64,000 nt of DNA from Candidatus Micrarchaeota archaeon. Lineage in GTDB: Archaea; Micrarchaeota; Micrarchaeia; Anstonellales; Bilamarchaeaceae. The notes beneath the pieces were generated by a model that was not told where the DNA came from, searched no databases, and was given only the letters and a program-made list of their open reading frames with translations. The position numbers and the translations under genes are program-made. The stretch's first letter is position 1. Each line of letters opens with the position of its first letter. Below, piece after piece: positions 28,913-38,083 of this stretch. The stretch lies in assembly GCA_043827025.1 (NCBI GenBank), contig JBDRPL010000019.1, positions 40,359-104,358 of the forward strand. The letters run 5' to 3'.

Positions 28913-30460
28913 GTGTTTTATATGAAAAAAGGATTTTTCTTTGTCATAACTATTTTCCTGGTACTCGCGTATGTCCTCACTTCAGTTTCCATATGGGTAA
29001 AAACCACCAATGAATTGGAGAGGCAATACTCCGAGAAGCTCAGGGCCTCAAATGTTGATTATATCTTAGTAGGAGTGAGCGAAGAATACATGGCTCAGCT
29101 TGTAGACCAGATGGCATTCTATTCTCTTTTTAAGTTGGATTTGTATGTTGGTGAAGGCAATCCTGTTAATGCAGGCCCAGATGATAACGAAAACATTTAT
29201 ATTGAAAAAGTAATGCTGAATCTCATGGTCAATGGAAGCGCAGAGGGATCTTACTTTGCGAATGGCAATGGCCTTGAGATGGATACAAAGAATTTTTCGC
29301 TTTACACGTTCATAGACAGCATGAATGAATCGTTGAAGACCCTTGGAGTGGAGATTACCACCTATCGCGTAAGCAATGATTTCCCGATAGTACAAAAGGA
29401 CTTCAAGTCCCTTGAATACACCCTTTCATTCGATCTTGTTTTCACAGACCTTTCAAATTCCCTTCAGATAAAGAAAAACTATGTTATAACTCGTCCTGTT
29501 TCGTTTGAAGGTTTTGCAGATCCCCTTATACTCAACGAAGGAAGAAAACTTGACAATCCAATGACAATAGAGAAATTTCATTACTATAATCTGGATTACA
29601 ACAGCATGGATGATTTAAAGCCAACTGAAATAGCGATTGACAGACTTTCAACCCAAGGCCAAAGCTGGTTCTATGGGCCAGTTGTTTTTGCAGATCGTGC
29701 AAACACCATCCCTGCAGACAAGAGAAGGATGTATCTGCTTGCAGGAACTTACGATGAAATCATGTCTATGGATGATGCAGAATACAGGGAATTCGGCGCA
29801 TATGTATTGACAAATGAACCAGAAGAGATTGATATTGGATGCGGAGAGCTCAAACAACAGATGGATACATTTAATCCTCTTACAAGAAAAGAAGATGGGG
29901 CTGCGTGTGAGCCTCAGATAAGCGGCGAAGTGTTGGATGCTTCATTTGCAGTGATACCTGACTTTTCGCTTGCAGATCTGAATGGCGAAAACTTTCAATG
30001 CCTTGACAATGAGTTGTGCGTGCTTTTTGCTAACAAATACAATGCGGATGATATCAAAGCAGACCCATTGAAGAAACTTGAAGCAAATACTGTGGTTTAT
30101 GGAATTGAAAAACTCAGGGATTTCGCGCTTTGCGGATATTTTATCCACAATTCCGATTCGCCATCTTATTTACAAAGGCTTCTTGTAGATGGCTATTCAA
30201 AAAAGAGCGCGGACTTCGGAGTGGAGACGTTCCTGTTCGGAAAATCCGTATATGCTTCTGATCCGTCAGCTGATGTTTATGGAAAGATTGACAAGGAATT
30301 CATGAACCTTGAAAACGGAAGAACGATAAAAGGTATGCCAGGGTGCAAGACTCCTGGGCTATGCGAGGGAAATGATATCGGAAGGTTTTCAATAACGCAG
30401 GCGGATCTGCCTGACTATGGCATTATGGACCAGATGACCTGTGAAGGGGGATGCAGATGA
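28913..30460 (+). CDS. Large class III signal peptide pilin-like / pilus-associated protein
   Basis: MKKG|FFF followed by a hydrophobic helix; EGFADPL and PSYLQRL motifs; same operon as flanking pilin-like genes. Confidence 0.72.
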   Translation: MFYMKKGFFFVITIFLVLAYVLTSVSIWVKTTNELERQYSEKLRASNVDYILVGVSEEYMAQLVDQMAFYSLFKLDLYVGEGNPVNAGPDDNENIYIEKVMLNLMVNGSAEGSYFANGNGLEMDTKNFSLYTFIDSMNESLKTLGVEITTYRVSNDFPIVQKDFKSLEYTLSFDLVFTDLSNSLQIKKNYVITRPVSFEGFADPLILNEGRKLDNPMTIEKFHYYNLDYNSMDDLKPTEIAIDRLSTQGQSWFYGPVVFADRANTIPADKRRMYLLAGTYDEIMSMDDAEYREFGAYVLTNEPEEIDIGCGELKQQMDTFNPLTRKEDGAACEPQISGEVLDASFAVIPDFSLADLNGENFQCLDNELCVLFANKYNADDIKADPLKKLEANTVVYGIEKLRDFALCGYFIHNSDSPSYLQRLLVDGYSKKSADFGVETFLFGKSVYASDPSADVYGKIDKEFMNLENGRTIKGMPGCKTPGLCEGNDIGRFSITQADLPDYGIMDQMTCEGGCR

Positions 30461-30900
30461 AATCCATGAAGGGACAAATCTCTCTAGAAGTGCTTATTAC
30501 ACTTGGAGTTATACTGGCATTTTCGCTTCCAGTTTTATTTCTCATGCTCACTGTTTCCAATTACAGTTTTGAAAGTTCTGCGCTTCAGCAGGCTGATGCA
30601 ACTGCAGGTATGCTTGCTGATTCGATAGAAGACGTGTATGCTCAGGGCCCTGGTGCAAAAAGGATGGTCCCTTTGAATGTGCCTTCAAATACAGAGCTTA
30701 TCAGCGTCTCTGATGACAATGTCATGGTTCGCCTTAAAGTGACTAATGGTTTTTATGATGCAGTGGTGTCCATATCTGCAAGGGCAAAAATAGCTGATGG
30801 TGTTACGCTTCCTAAAGGTCCTTTCGTTGCCATACTTGAAGTCAAGGAGACGGATGATCCAGTTACTGGTGAAAAATACTATGAGGTGGAAGTCAAATGA
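30451..30900 (+). CDS. Class III signal peptide pilin-like protein
   Basis: MKG|QISLE followed by a hydrophobic helix; VYAQGPGA motif. Confidence 0.85.
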   Translation: MQMKSMKGQISLEVLITLGVILAFSLPVLFLMLTVSNYSFESSALQQADATAGMLADSIEDVYAQGPGAKRMVPLNVPSNTELISVSDDNVMVRLKVTNGFYDAVVSISARAKIADGVTLPKGPFVAILEVKETDDPVTGEKYYEVEVK

Positions 30901-31388
30901 AAAATTCACGCGGTCAAGTCGCCATCGAATTCTTTGTCTATTCCGCAATGTTCTTGTTTGTAGTTGTTGCAGCTTATTTCCTGGTTAATTACATGCAGGA
31001 AAGCGAGATTCCACCTAAGGAAAATTCTCTTGTGGAAGAGGTCGGGCAATCTTTCGCTGACGCAGCTACACTTTCCGTGTATGGAGGAAAAGGTTTCACA
31101 TATACATTCAGTTTCTCCAAATCTGTTCTTGGCAATAAATATTATATTTCAATGTATGGTGACAAACTTGGGATAGATTCGAAGATGGGGAGTTCGGAAT
31201 TCGGTTCAATTTACACTCTTCCAAAATATAATTATATCTATGAAGGTGATTGCTGGGATGACAGAGAAGGGGTAGACAAGGATAATAATCCAGTTGTAGC
31301 TAAGATTCTTGATGTTTCAAAATGCAAGAATTATCTTACATTTTCCAATGACGGAGATGTACTTACCATAACTTCAGAATTAGGTTGA
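30897..31388 (+). CDS. Class III signal peptide pilin-like protein
   Basis: SRG|QVAIEF followed by a hydrophobic helix. Confidence 0.85.
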   Translation: MKNSRGQVAIEFFVYSAMFLFVVVAAYFLVNYMQESEIPPKENSLVEEVGQSFADAATLSVYGGKGFTYTFSFSKSVLGNKYYISMYGDKLGIDSKMGSSEFGSIYTLPKYNYIYEGDCWDDREGVDKDNNPVVAKILDVSKCKNYLTFSNDGDVLTITSELG

Positions 31389-31942
31389 TTCTTATGACAA
31401 TGAAAGGACAATATTTCAGTTTCGATGCGATTGTTGCTTCAGTGATATTCATTTTGGCAATTGTCTCGCTCTTATCCTATTGGGATAGCATAAGGTCCAA
31501 CCTCGATTTCCAGAACAGCGACGTTTCAAGGGAAGCTTTTAGGGTTTCAGAAGCTCTTCTCAAAGAAAAGATTTCTGTAACTAATGTTGCCAATTGCGAT
31601 GGAATAAAAGCACCAGGGGCAAGGCTTGGTTTTGCAGGTTATGATGGGCGCATAAACTGGACAATTGTCCAATGTGCGAATGATTATATTACTGATGATG
31701 AGCCTGCACTGAAGTCTTTGCTGAGCACAGGCTATGGCGTCACAATAATCTTTCACAAAGGGGATGTAGATGACACCAAACTGGCAGAGATAGGCACGCC
31801 TATGACAGATGCATTCAGGGCATCACTTAGGGAAGTTTACAAGGTCAGGAGAATCGTTCCTGTTGTTGACGCAGAAGGCCCTAGAGAAACAGACGAACGC
31901 ACCTACAGCGTAAATTATATGGATCTGTATCTTTACCGTTAA
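31385..31942 (+). CDS. Class III signal peptide pilin-like protein
   Basis: MKG|QYFSFDA followed by a hydrophobic helix. Confidence 0.82.
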   Translation: MILMTMKGQYFSFDAIVASVIFILAIVSLLSYWDSIRSNLDFQNSDVSREAFRVSEALLKEKISVTNVANCDGIKAPGARLGFAGYDGRINWTIVQCANDYITDDEPALKSLLSTGYGVTIIFHKGDVDDTKLAEIGTPMTDAFRASLREVYKVRRIVPVVDAEGPRETDERTYSVNYMDLYLYR

Positions 31943-32028
31943 GCAGTAATCTCACACTTCTTAGGCTTTACGAAATTCTTCATTTAATGTAAACCTAGAG
32001 GATTATAAAAAGAAAATAAAAGAAAAAC

Positions 32029-33477
32029 CTAATTCGTCTTGGTCATTATGTTCAGGTTCTGTGGCTTCTTGTTCACATTGCCTATCTTTATTCCGATCAA
32101 CGTAGTAACGCCCTTGTTTGCAGCAAGGTCAACAAGCCTCTGCGTTATGATGCCATCGAAAACAATTGCATGCACGCTGCTGATTTCCTCAAGCGATTTT
32201 ATGACATCCCTTACAGGCACTTCTTTTATTGTTTCAAGGTTTTGGTTGTAGAACCTTGCCCTGAGAGTATTGTTGAGTTCGTCAAGCTCTGCAACAAGCT
32301 CAGTCACGTTGCTGAATTTCTTTGCAGGCTTTGCCACCTCTACGTTCTCAGGCTCCACGACGATTTTCCTCTGGACACTCTCCCTTGAGATAATGGGCAT
32401 TATTATCTTCTTTTCCACAGTCGTCCTTTGCTGGATGCTTGCCTGAGGAACTATAATAGGTTTTCTCGTGTCCCTTTCAGGCCTTCTTTCCGGCTGTCTT
32501 TCAAACTGCCTTTCTTGTGGTCTTTCATATTTTTCAACAGGCCTTTCCCTTCTCTCAAATTTTTCAGCAGGTTTTTCGCCTTGGTATTCTCTTTCGAATT
32601 CAACCCTTTCATTCTGGCGTTCATTCTGCTGGCTGTTCTGCCTGCTTCGGGAATCTTGTCCTTGTTCACAAGATACCTTGCTTCTTAGGCATTTTATGAG
32701 CTCCTTTCTTGTGAGTTCCTCGACTTCCTTGCCAGTTGGAGCTCTTGCGATATATTCAATATCTACACCACCACTGAGCAATTCGTTCAGGATTATATCT
32801 CCGCCCCTGTCTCCGTCAAGGAAAACTGTGATTTCCTTTTCCTTTGAAAGTTTGATAATTGATTTTGGAACCCTTGCACCCTGTATTGCAACCACGTTTG
32901 GCACATCGTTTTTCAGGAGGTTTATCACGTCTGCCCTTCCTTCTACAATGATTATGTCCTTATATCTCTGAAGGTTAGGTCCGGCAGGCAGATTATCTGG
33001 CCCGTATTGGGTGATTTCAGCTGTCTTTACCTCGTCTCTTACGATGTCTGAGATTTCCCTTGATTCAGGTATTTCCGTATTGAGCAAGGTCTTCAATATG
33101 TCCTTTGCCCTTTCCACAAGTACCTTTCTCTTTACATTTCTGGTATCTTCAACCCTTGTGACTGCAATCTTTGCTTCGCATGGCCCTACTCTATCCACTG
33201 TTTCCAATGAGGCTGCGATTATACAGGTCTCAACCATGTCAAGGCTGCTTGGTATTTTTATGATTCCAATAGTCTTGCCGTTTCTTGGGTTAAGGTCAAC
33301 CTCTATCCTTCCTATCCTTCCGTTCTTCTGAAGGTCTCTGAGGTCCAATTCATCCCCGAGTAGACCCTCTGTCTGTCCGAATATAGCACCTACTACATCT
33401 GGCTTTTCAACCAAGCCAGTGATCTCGACATCTGAATATACTACGTATTTTACTGTATCTATGTATGTTTTTGCCAT
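32029..33477 (-). CDS. dnaG: Archaeal DnaG (primase-like, exosome-associated)
   Basis: DVVGAIFGQTEGLLG, IIVEGRADV, FLDGDRGG, FDGIITQRL; SD GGAGG upstream. Confidence 0.96.
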   Translation of the reverse strand: MAKTYIDTVKYVVYSDVEITGLVEKPDVVGAIFGQTEGLLGDELDLRDLQKNGRIGRIEVDLNPRNGKTIGIIKIPSSLDMVETCIIAASLETVDRVGPCEAKIAVTRVEDTRNVKRKVLVERAKDILKTLLNTEIPESREISDIVRDEVKTAEITQYGPDNLPAGPNLQRYKDIIIVEGRADVINLLKNDVPNVVAIQGARVPKSIIKLSKEKEITVFLDGDRGGDIILNELLSGGVDIEYIARAPTGKEVEELTRKELIKCLRSKVSCEQGQDSRSRQNSQQNERQNERVEFEREYQGEKPAEKFERRERPVEKYERPQERQFERQPERRPERDTRKPIIVPQASIQQRTTVEKKIIMPIISRESVQRKIVVEPENVEVAKPAKKFSNVTELVAELDELNNTLRARFYNQNLETIKEVPVRDVIKSLEEISSVHAIVFDGIITQRLVDLAANKGVTTLIGIKIGNVNKKPQNLNIMTKTN

Positions 33478-33501
33478 AAAATTTACCTCCTAAATTTTAA
33501 T

Positions 33502-33523
33502 ATTGACCGAAGGTTCGGTCAAT
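33502..33523. promoter_or_regulatory. Perfect inverted repeat upstream of dnaG
   Basis: ATTGACCGAA-GG-TTCGGTCAAT. Confidence 0.5.
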
Positions 33524-33535
33524 GCCATATACTAC

Positions 33536-33940
33536 CTAATTTTTCATATTTTCTTCCATAAACTTTTTGTACTTTCTGTACATTTCCTCGAAATACTTGA
33601 GTCTTAGGATATGGGCCAGTCTTGACCTTGTTTCAGTATCTGGCTTAACTCCATATCCCTCCAATGTCTCGGATGCCCTTTTGAGCATTTCGAATCCTCT
33701 TCTATCCATATCGGTAAGTATAACAACTTCCGCTTCTTGTTTTGCCCTCTCACAGCTAATCCTCAGGTTTCCAGAGATGGTCAGCACTCTGCTGTTGTCA
33801 CAGCCCATCCTTACAAGGGCCTCCTTGTCTCTTTTACCTTCAACGAATATCATCTTGCTTTTCAGCCTCTCTATTATCCTATCCAGTTCCTTGGCTAATA
33901 ATGCCTTGAACTTTGGATTTGACGGATTGTTCATTTCCAT
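33536..33940 (-). CDS. Small TOPRIM-domain protein
   Basis: IFVEGKRDKEAL and VVILTDMDRRG motifs. Confidence 0.88.
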   Translation of the reverse strand: MEMNNPSNPKFKALLAKELDRIIERLKSKMIFVEGKRDKEALVRMGCDNSRVLTISGNLRISCERAKQEAEVVILTDMDRRGFEMLKRASETLEGYGVKPDTETRSRLAHILRLKYFEEMYRKYKKFMEENMKN

Positions 33941-34142
33941 TTACCTCTAGGATCTTGTTCCTGCCTTTCAGGCCTCTTAGAATCCTGACTTCCATCCCTA
34001 ACATTTTCGAAAGATTCAGGATTATCTCACGGTTGACAAGGCCTTTCTCTGCCTCGTTCTTGCACCTTATCTGCAAGACATTTTCCTTCAGGCTCAGTGA
34101 AAACTTTCCTGAATTCGGAAAAACCCTTGCATTGATTTTCAT
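33879..34142 (-). CDS. DUF167 (UPF0235/YggU-like) protein
   Basis: RVFPNS, AEKGLVNREII, ILRGLKGRNKILE. Confidence 0.85.
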   Translation of the reverse strand: MKINARVFPNSGKFSLSLKENVLQIRCKNEAEKGLVNREIILNLSKMLGMEVRILRGLKGRNKILEVNGNEQSVKSKVQGIISQGTG

Positions 34143-34249
34143 CCCTTTCTCTCCTAGGACCGCTCAAAACTAGATATCGAATTCTGTGCATTGTTGACCC
34201 ACACCTCATCGCTTAAAGCTAGGTTGGCCATCCATGCACAGCTTCATGA

Positions 34250-34681
34250 TTAATGAAGCGCTGCTTTTTCTTCTATCAAATCAATGACTGAAGGAAATAT
34301 TCTCATAATATCTCCTTCGCTTAGTATGCCTATGAGTTCGTTTTTTTCATTTACAACAGGCAAACGCTTTACCCTGTTCTCTTTCATAGCTGTTGCCGCT
34401 TCCTCGAGCGTGGTATTTGGTTTCACCACCCTAAGGGGCTTTGACATTATGTCCTTGGCTTTCAATGAATATACCTCTTTCTTGTTTGCAATCACTTTGT
34501 ATATTATGTCTCTTTCGGTGATTATTCCCTTTGCGGTTTTGTTAGGGTTTCCCTCAACAACTATGATAGAGCCAACATTATGCTTCTTCATTAATTTTGC
34601 AACTGATTCGATACCGTCTTCAGTAGACAATGTAACTACTACTTTCGTCATTACGTCCCCTACCTTTAAGTCGGATCCCAT
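34250..34681 (-). CDS. CBS-domain pair protein
   Basis: VGDVMT, GIITERDI, RLPVV, GILSEGDI. Confidence 0.92.
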   Translation of the reverse strand: MGSDLKVGDVMTKVVVTLSTEDGIESVAKLMKKHNVGSIIVVEGNPNKTAKGIITERDIIYKVIANKKEVYSLKAKDIMSKPLRVVKPNTTLEEAATAMKENRVKRLPVVNEKNELIGILSEGDIMRIFPSVIDLIEEKAALH

Positions 34682-34740
34682 GATTATTGTTAGTGAGGAA
34701 AAGTTTATAAAGCTCAGCTAATCGCTGATGCTTTAATTTT

Positions 34741-35031
34741 TTAATCAAATCTGCTGACTCTTATTTTTACTGGAGGTTTTGATATTTCTTCATGATAGCC
34801 AAGTGCCATTTCAATTGCATTTGCAAAAGGGGCCAATGCTCTGTCAAGAACATTTGGGGGCCTCACAAAGTTCGGCATTCTCTCGATTTTTTTCAAAAGC
34901 CTGTCCAAAATAGGAGTCGCTTCCTTTCCTCCATTTCTTATTCTTATTCTGCGGACAGTTACTCTTGTTCTTGCTAATTGAGCTCTATTGTCAAGTTGAA
35001 CACCTAATCTGCCAAATATTGTTTGTTTCAA
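34741..35031 (-). CDS. Small basic orphan protein
   Basis: TTG start preceded by GGTGA SD; TATA box within the 37-bp repeat upstream. Confidence 0.6.
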   Translation of the reverse strand: MKQTIFGRLGVQLDNRAQLARTRVTVRRIRIRNGGKEATPILDRLLKKIERMPNFVRPPNVLDRALAPFANAIEMALGYHEEISKPPVKIRVSRFD

Positions 35032-35065
35032 TCAAATCACCTTGTGTTTTATTATTGTTGAGTTA

Positions 35066-35102
35066 CTTTTTAAACCTTCCCTTTTAACCTCTTTTTACAA
35101 CA
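35066..35102. repeat. 37-bp dispersed repeat, copy A (contains a minus-strand BRE/TATA)
   Basis: ctttttaaaccttcccttttaacctctttttacaaca; 34/37 identical to 39783-39819. Confidence 0.85.
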
Positions 35103-35148
35103 CTTTCGTTCGAAAGCACGTATTTTGTCCAATCCATGTAATCAGGTG

Positions 35149-35274
35149 TTTCACAAAATGGGTTTTATGAAAGGGATTGTTTCACAAAAAAGAGGGTTTC
35201 CAAGGTTTTATAAGGCAAACCTGCTCCAAGTTCATGCTTAATATGTAATGCACAAATTTATATACTTTTGTGCA
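35149..35274. promoter_or_regulatory. Operator-like CACAAA half-site array around the promoter of the AAA_14/DUF4143 gene
   Basis: TTTCACAAAA-N4-TTTTATGAAA (35149-35172), third copy 35180-35189, TGCACAAA-[TTTATATA]CT-TTTGTGCA (35249-35274). Confidence 0.6.
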
Positions 35275-35286
35275 GTATAATGTAAT

Positions 35287-36546
35287 GTGATATTCATGAT
35301 AAGGGATATACTATTGATACAAAAACGTGAATTGGAAAAAAGGTTGGCTGAAACCTATGTTAAACGAGATGCAATTATGAAGAATGTGGCCAGCGGCTTG
35401 ATTACGGTAATCATTGGCCCTAGAAGGGCAGGAAAATCCTTCTTTTGCATTCATGTATTAAATAGCTTGGGCAAGTTTGGGTATGCAAATTTTGACGATG
35501 AAAAATTAGTCGAAACTGAAAATTATGATGAGATACTCGATTCCATACTCTCTCTTTACAACAATCCAGAATATATCCTGCTTGATGAGGTCCAGAATCT
35601 TGATAAATGGGAACTGTTCGTCAACAGGCTTCAAAGGCAAGGGCAGAAGCTCATCATTACTGGAAGCAACTCCCATCTACTAAGCAAAGAACTTGCAACA
35701 CATCTTACTGGAAGGCACCAATTGGTCAGTATTTTTCCTTTTTCGTTTAAAGAGTTCCTGATGTTCGAAAACAAGGAATTGACCGAAAACGAAACCCGGG
35801 AAAAACTCAGGAATTATCTTCTTTATGGCGGGTATCCCGAACCATTGATAAAGAAACTGGATTACAAGGATTATCTTTCAACTCTGTTTACTTCAATAGT
35901 GTACAAAGACATTGTAAAAAGATTTAAACTTAGGTCGCCTCAGGCAATTGAAGACCTTTCAGTTTATCTTATTTCGAATGTGTCAAAGGAATTCTCTTAT
36001 AACTCCCTGAGCAAGGTTAGTGGGTGCAAAAGCGTTCACACTGTTGAAAAATACCTTTCTTATCTTGAAGAGGCGTTTATCTTTTTTAGGTTGGACAGAT
36101 TTTCATTTAAAGTGAAAGAGCAACTAGCTTCAAACAAAAAGATATACTGTACGGATACTGGGTTTATTCATGCCAAGGCCTTTAGAGTCAGCGAGGACAT
36201 GGGAAAATTATATGAAAATGCAGTTGCAATAGAGCTTAAAAAACGCGAAATCTCCGAGAATGTTAAAATATATTACTGGAAAAACGCTCAGCAGGAAGAG
36301 GTTGACTTCATTGTTAGGGAAGGTCTGCGAGTAATCCGGCTTATTCAGGTTTGCTATGACTTGGCTGAAACACGGACAAAGGAAAGGGAAACAAGGGCAC
36401 TGCTAAAAGCAAGTCAGGAACTTAAATGCACGAATCTTTTTGTTATAACTGAAAAGTATGAGGCTGAAAAGGAAATCGAATGGTTTGGCATAAAAGGTAA
36501 AATAAGATATGTTCCGCTCTGGAAATTTTTGCTTAATCCGTTTTAA
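35287..36546 (+). CDS. AAA_14 ATPase with a C-terminal DUF4143 (PD-(D/E)xK-like) domain
   Basis: GPRRAGKS, LLDEVQ, ITGSNS, LTGR, GGYPE, KKIYCTDTG, EEVDFIV..LIQV. Confidence 0.92.
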   Translation: MIFMIRDILLIQKRELEKRLAETYVKRDAIMKNVASGLITVIIGPRRAGKSFFCIHVLNSLGKFGYANFDDEKLVETENYDEILDSILSLYNNPEYILLDEVQNLDKWELFVNRLQRQGQKLIITGSNSHLLSKELATHLTGRHQLVSIFPFSFKEFLMFENKELTENETREKLRNYLLYGGYPEPLIKKLDYKDYLSTLFTSIVYKDIVKRFKLRSPQAIEDLSVYLISNVSKEFSYNSLSKVSGCKSVHTVEKYLSYLEEAFIFFRLDRFSFKVKEQLASNKKIYCTDTGFIHAKAFRVSEDMGKLYENAVAIELKKREISENVKIYYWKNAQQEEVDFIVREGLRVIRLIQVCYDLAETRTKERETRALLKASQELKCTNLFVITEKYEAEKEIEWFGIKGKIRYVPLWKFLLNPF

Positions 36547-36715
36547 TTGCAGATGCCTTTGCTTTGTCCGGAAGAACTTCCCAGCCTTTCGGATCCACTG
36601 TTCTCGGGCCTTCGATCCTTATCAGATAGTTCTGGAGGATCGCCACCCTTAGCATTGTAAGAGTCTGTTTCTGTTCTGGAGATAGCCTTTTTCCATTCAT
36701 TCGTAAGCATGTCAT
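36533..36715 (-). CDS. Possible small orphan protein
   Basis: 60-aa ORF in the gap before aspS; an alternative frame (36543-36731) also exists. Confidence 0.3.
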   Translation of the reverse strand: MTCLRMNGKRLSPEQKQTLTMLRVAILQNYLIRIEGPRTVDPKGWEVLPDKAKASAIKTD

Positions 36716-36780
36716 CTAAATAACCTTTCAATAACAGTGTATGCTTAATCTTTTATTCCCTATGTTCCAATACCTTTTCC

Positions 36781-38061
36781 ATGTATCGTAATCATTATAT
36801 TTCAGATGTCAAACCTGGCAAGGGCATCAAAGTCGCAGGCTGGGTTCACGAGATAAGGGATAAGGGCAAGCTCAAATTTGTCATTCTAAGGGATAAGACT
36901 GGCCTTTTGCAGATTGTCTTAAAGACAGGTGTCGTTCCAGACAAATTAATGGCATTGCAATTCAACAAGGAAGACGTTGTATGTTTCGAAGGTGAAGTAA
37001 AGGAAAGCAAGATTGCTCCTGGCGGAATGGAGATGGTGCCAACTGATGGCGAAATACTAAACAAAGTGCAGCTTCAGCTTCCTGTTGACCCAACCGATTT
37101 AGTCCCTTCTGAATTCGATACTAAATTAGATTATCGATATATCGACCTAAGGCGTGCCCAAACTACTGCAATCTTCAACATCAAGTCAACTGTTGCAAAT
37201 GCCTTCAGAAGTTACTTGTATTCAAAAGGCTTCACTGAAATCCAAACCTCTGCAATCACAGGGGCAGCAACAGAAGGTGGTGCAGATGTCTTTCAGCTTA
37301 AATATTTCGAGACAAATGCATACTTGGTTCAATCACCGCAATTATACAAACAGCTTGCAGTAATTGGTGGATTCGATAAAGTTTTCATGACAGTGCCAGT
37401 CTTCAGGGCAGAAAAACATAATACTACAACTCATCTTAATGAAGTTTTCCAGATGGATGTTGAAATTGGTTTTGCTGACCATAATGAAGCAATGGACGTA
37501 TTGGAAGCTGTAGTATTGTCAATGCTTTCAGAAGTTCAAGAGAAGAACGGAAAGGACCTCAAAACATTGGGCGTCGAAGTAAAGATTCCGAAAAAGGTTC
37601 CAAGATATTCGTATGCTGAATTGATTGAGAAGCTCCAGAAAGCAGGCGACCCAATTAAATGGGGCCATGATTTCTCAAAGGAGAATGAGAAGCAGATGTA
37701 TGAAATTTTAGGTGAAGACCTATTCTTCATTTATGACTGGCCAACTGAGATTCGCGCATTCTATTCAATGCCTACAACGGACCCAAAGATATGCCATGCA
37801 TTTGACCTGATGTATAAAGGTTTGGAAATATCTTCAGGTGCAATGAGAATACACAAGCCTGAAATTTTAGAAGATCAGATTAGAAAAAGAGGCCTTAAGG
37901 TCGAGGATTTTAAGTTCTATCTTGATGCCTTCAAACTTGGAGCTCCGCCCCATGCAGGCTGGTCTATAGGGTTGGAAAGATTCACAATGAAGCTCTGTAA
38001 CTTAGAAAATATAAGGCAGGCAACATTGTTCCCAAGGGACAGAACGAGATTGCATCCGTAA
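36781..38061 (+). CDS. aspS: Aspartate--tRNA ligase, archaeal type (probably non-discriminating)
   Basis: AGWVHEIRD, LDYRYIDLR, ATEGGA, LVQSPQLYKQ, FRAEKHNTTTH, GAPPHAGWSIGLER. Confidence 0.95.
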   Translation: MYRNHYISDVKPGKGIKVAGWVHEIRDKGKLKFVILRDKTGLLQIVLKTGVVPDKLMALQFNKEDVVCFEGEVKESKIAPGGMEMVPTDGEILNKVQLQLPVDPTDLVPSEFDTKLDYRYIDLRRAQTTAIFNIKSTVANAFRSYLYSKGFTEIQTSAITGAATEGGADVFQLKYFETNAYLVQSPQLYKQLAVIGGFDKVFMTVPVFRAEKHNTTTHLNEVFQMDVEIGFADHNEAMDVLEAVVLSMLSEVQEKNGKDLKTLGVEVKIPKKVPRYSYAELIEKLQKAGDPIKWGHDFSKENEKQMYEILGEDLFFIYDWPTEIRAFYSMPTTDPKICHAFDLMYKGLEISSGAMRIHKPEILEDQIRKRGLKVEDFKFYLDAFKLGAPPHAGWSIGLERFTMKLCNLENIRQATLFPRDRTRLHP

Positions 38062-38083
38062 CAACTGGTAGAATGGTGTAGAT

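Noticed and set aside
32440..32660. Repetitive E/R/P/Q-rich stretch within dnaG as a possible intein or insertion element
   Set aside because: No intein terminal motifs; archaeal DnaG has a variable charged linker at this position.
34184..34241. SECIS element or fluoride riboswitch
   Set aside because: The archaeal SECIS GAA/A loop and the fluoride riboswitch consensus are absent, and no adjacent gene has an in-frame TGA or a fluoride-related function.
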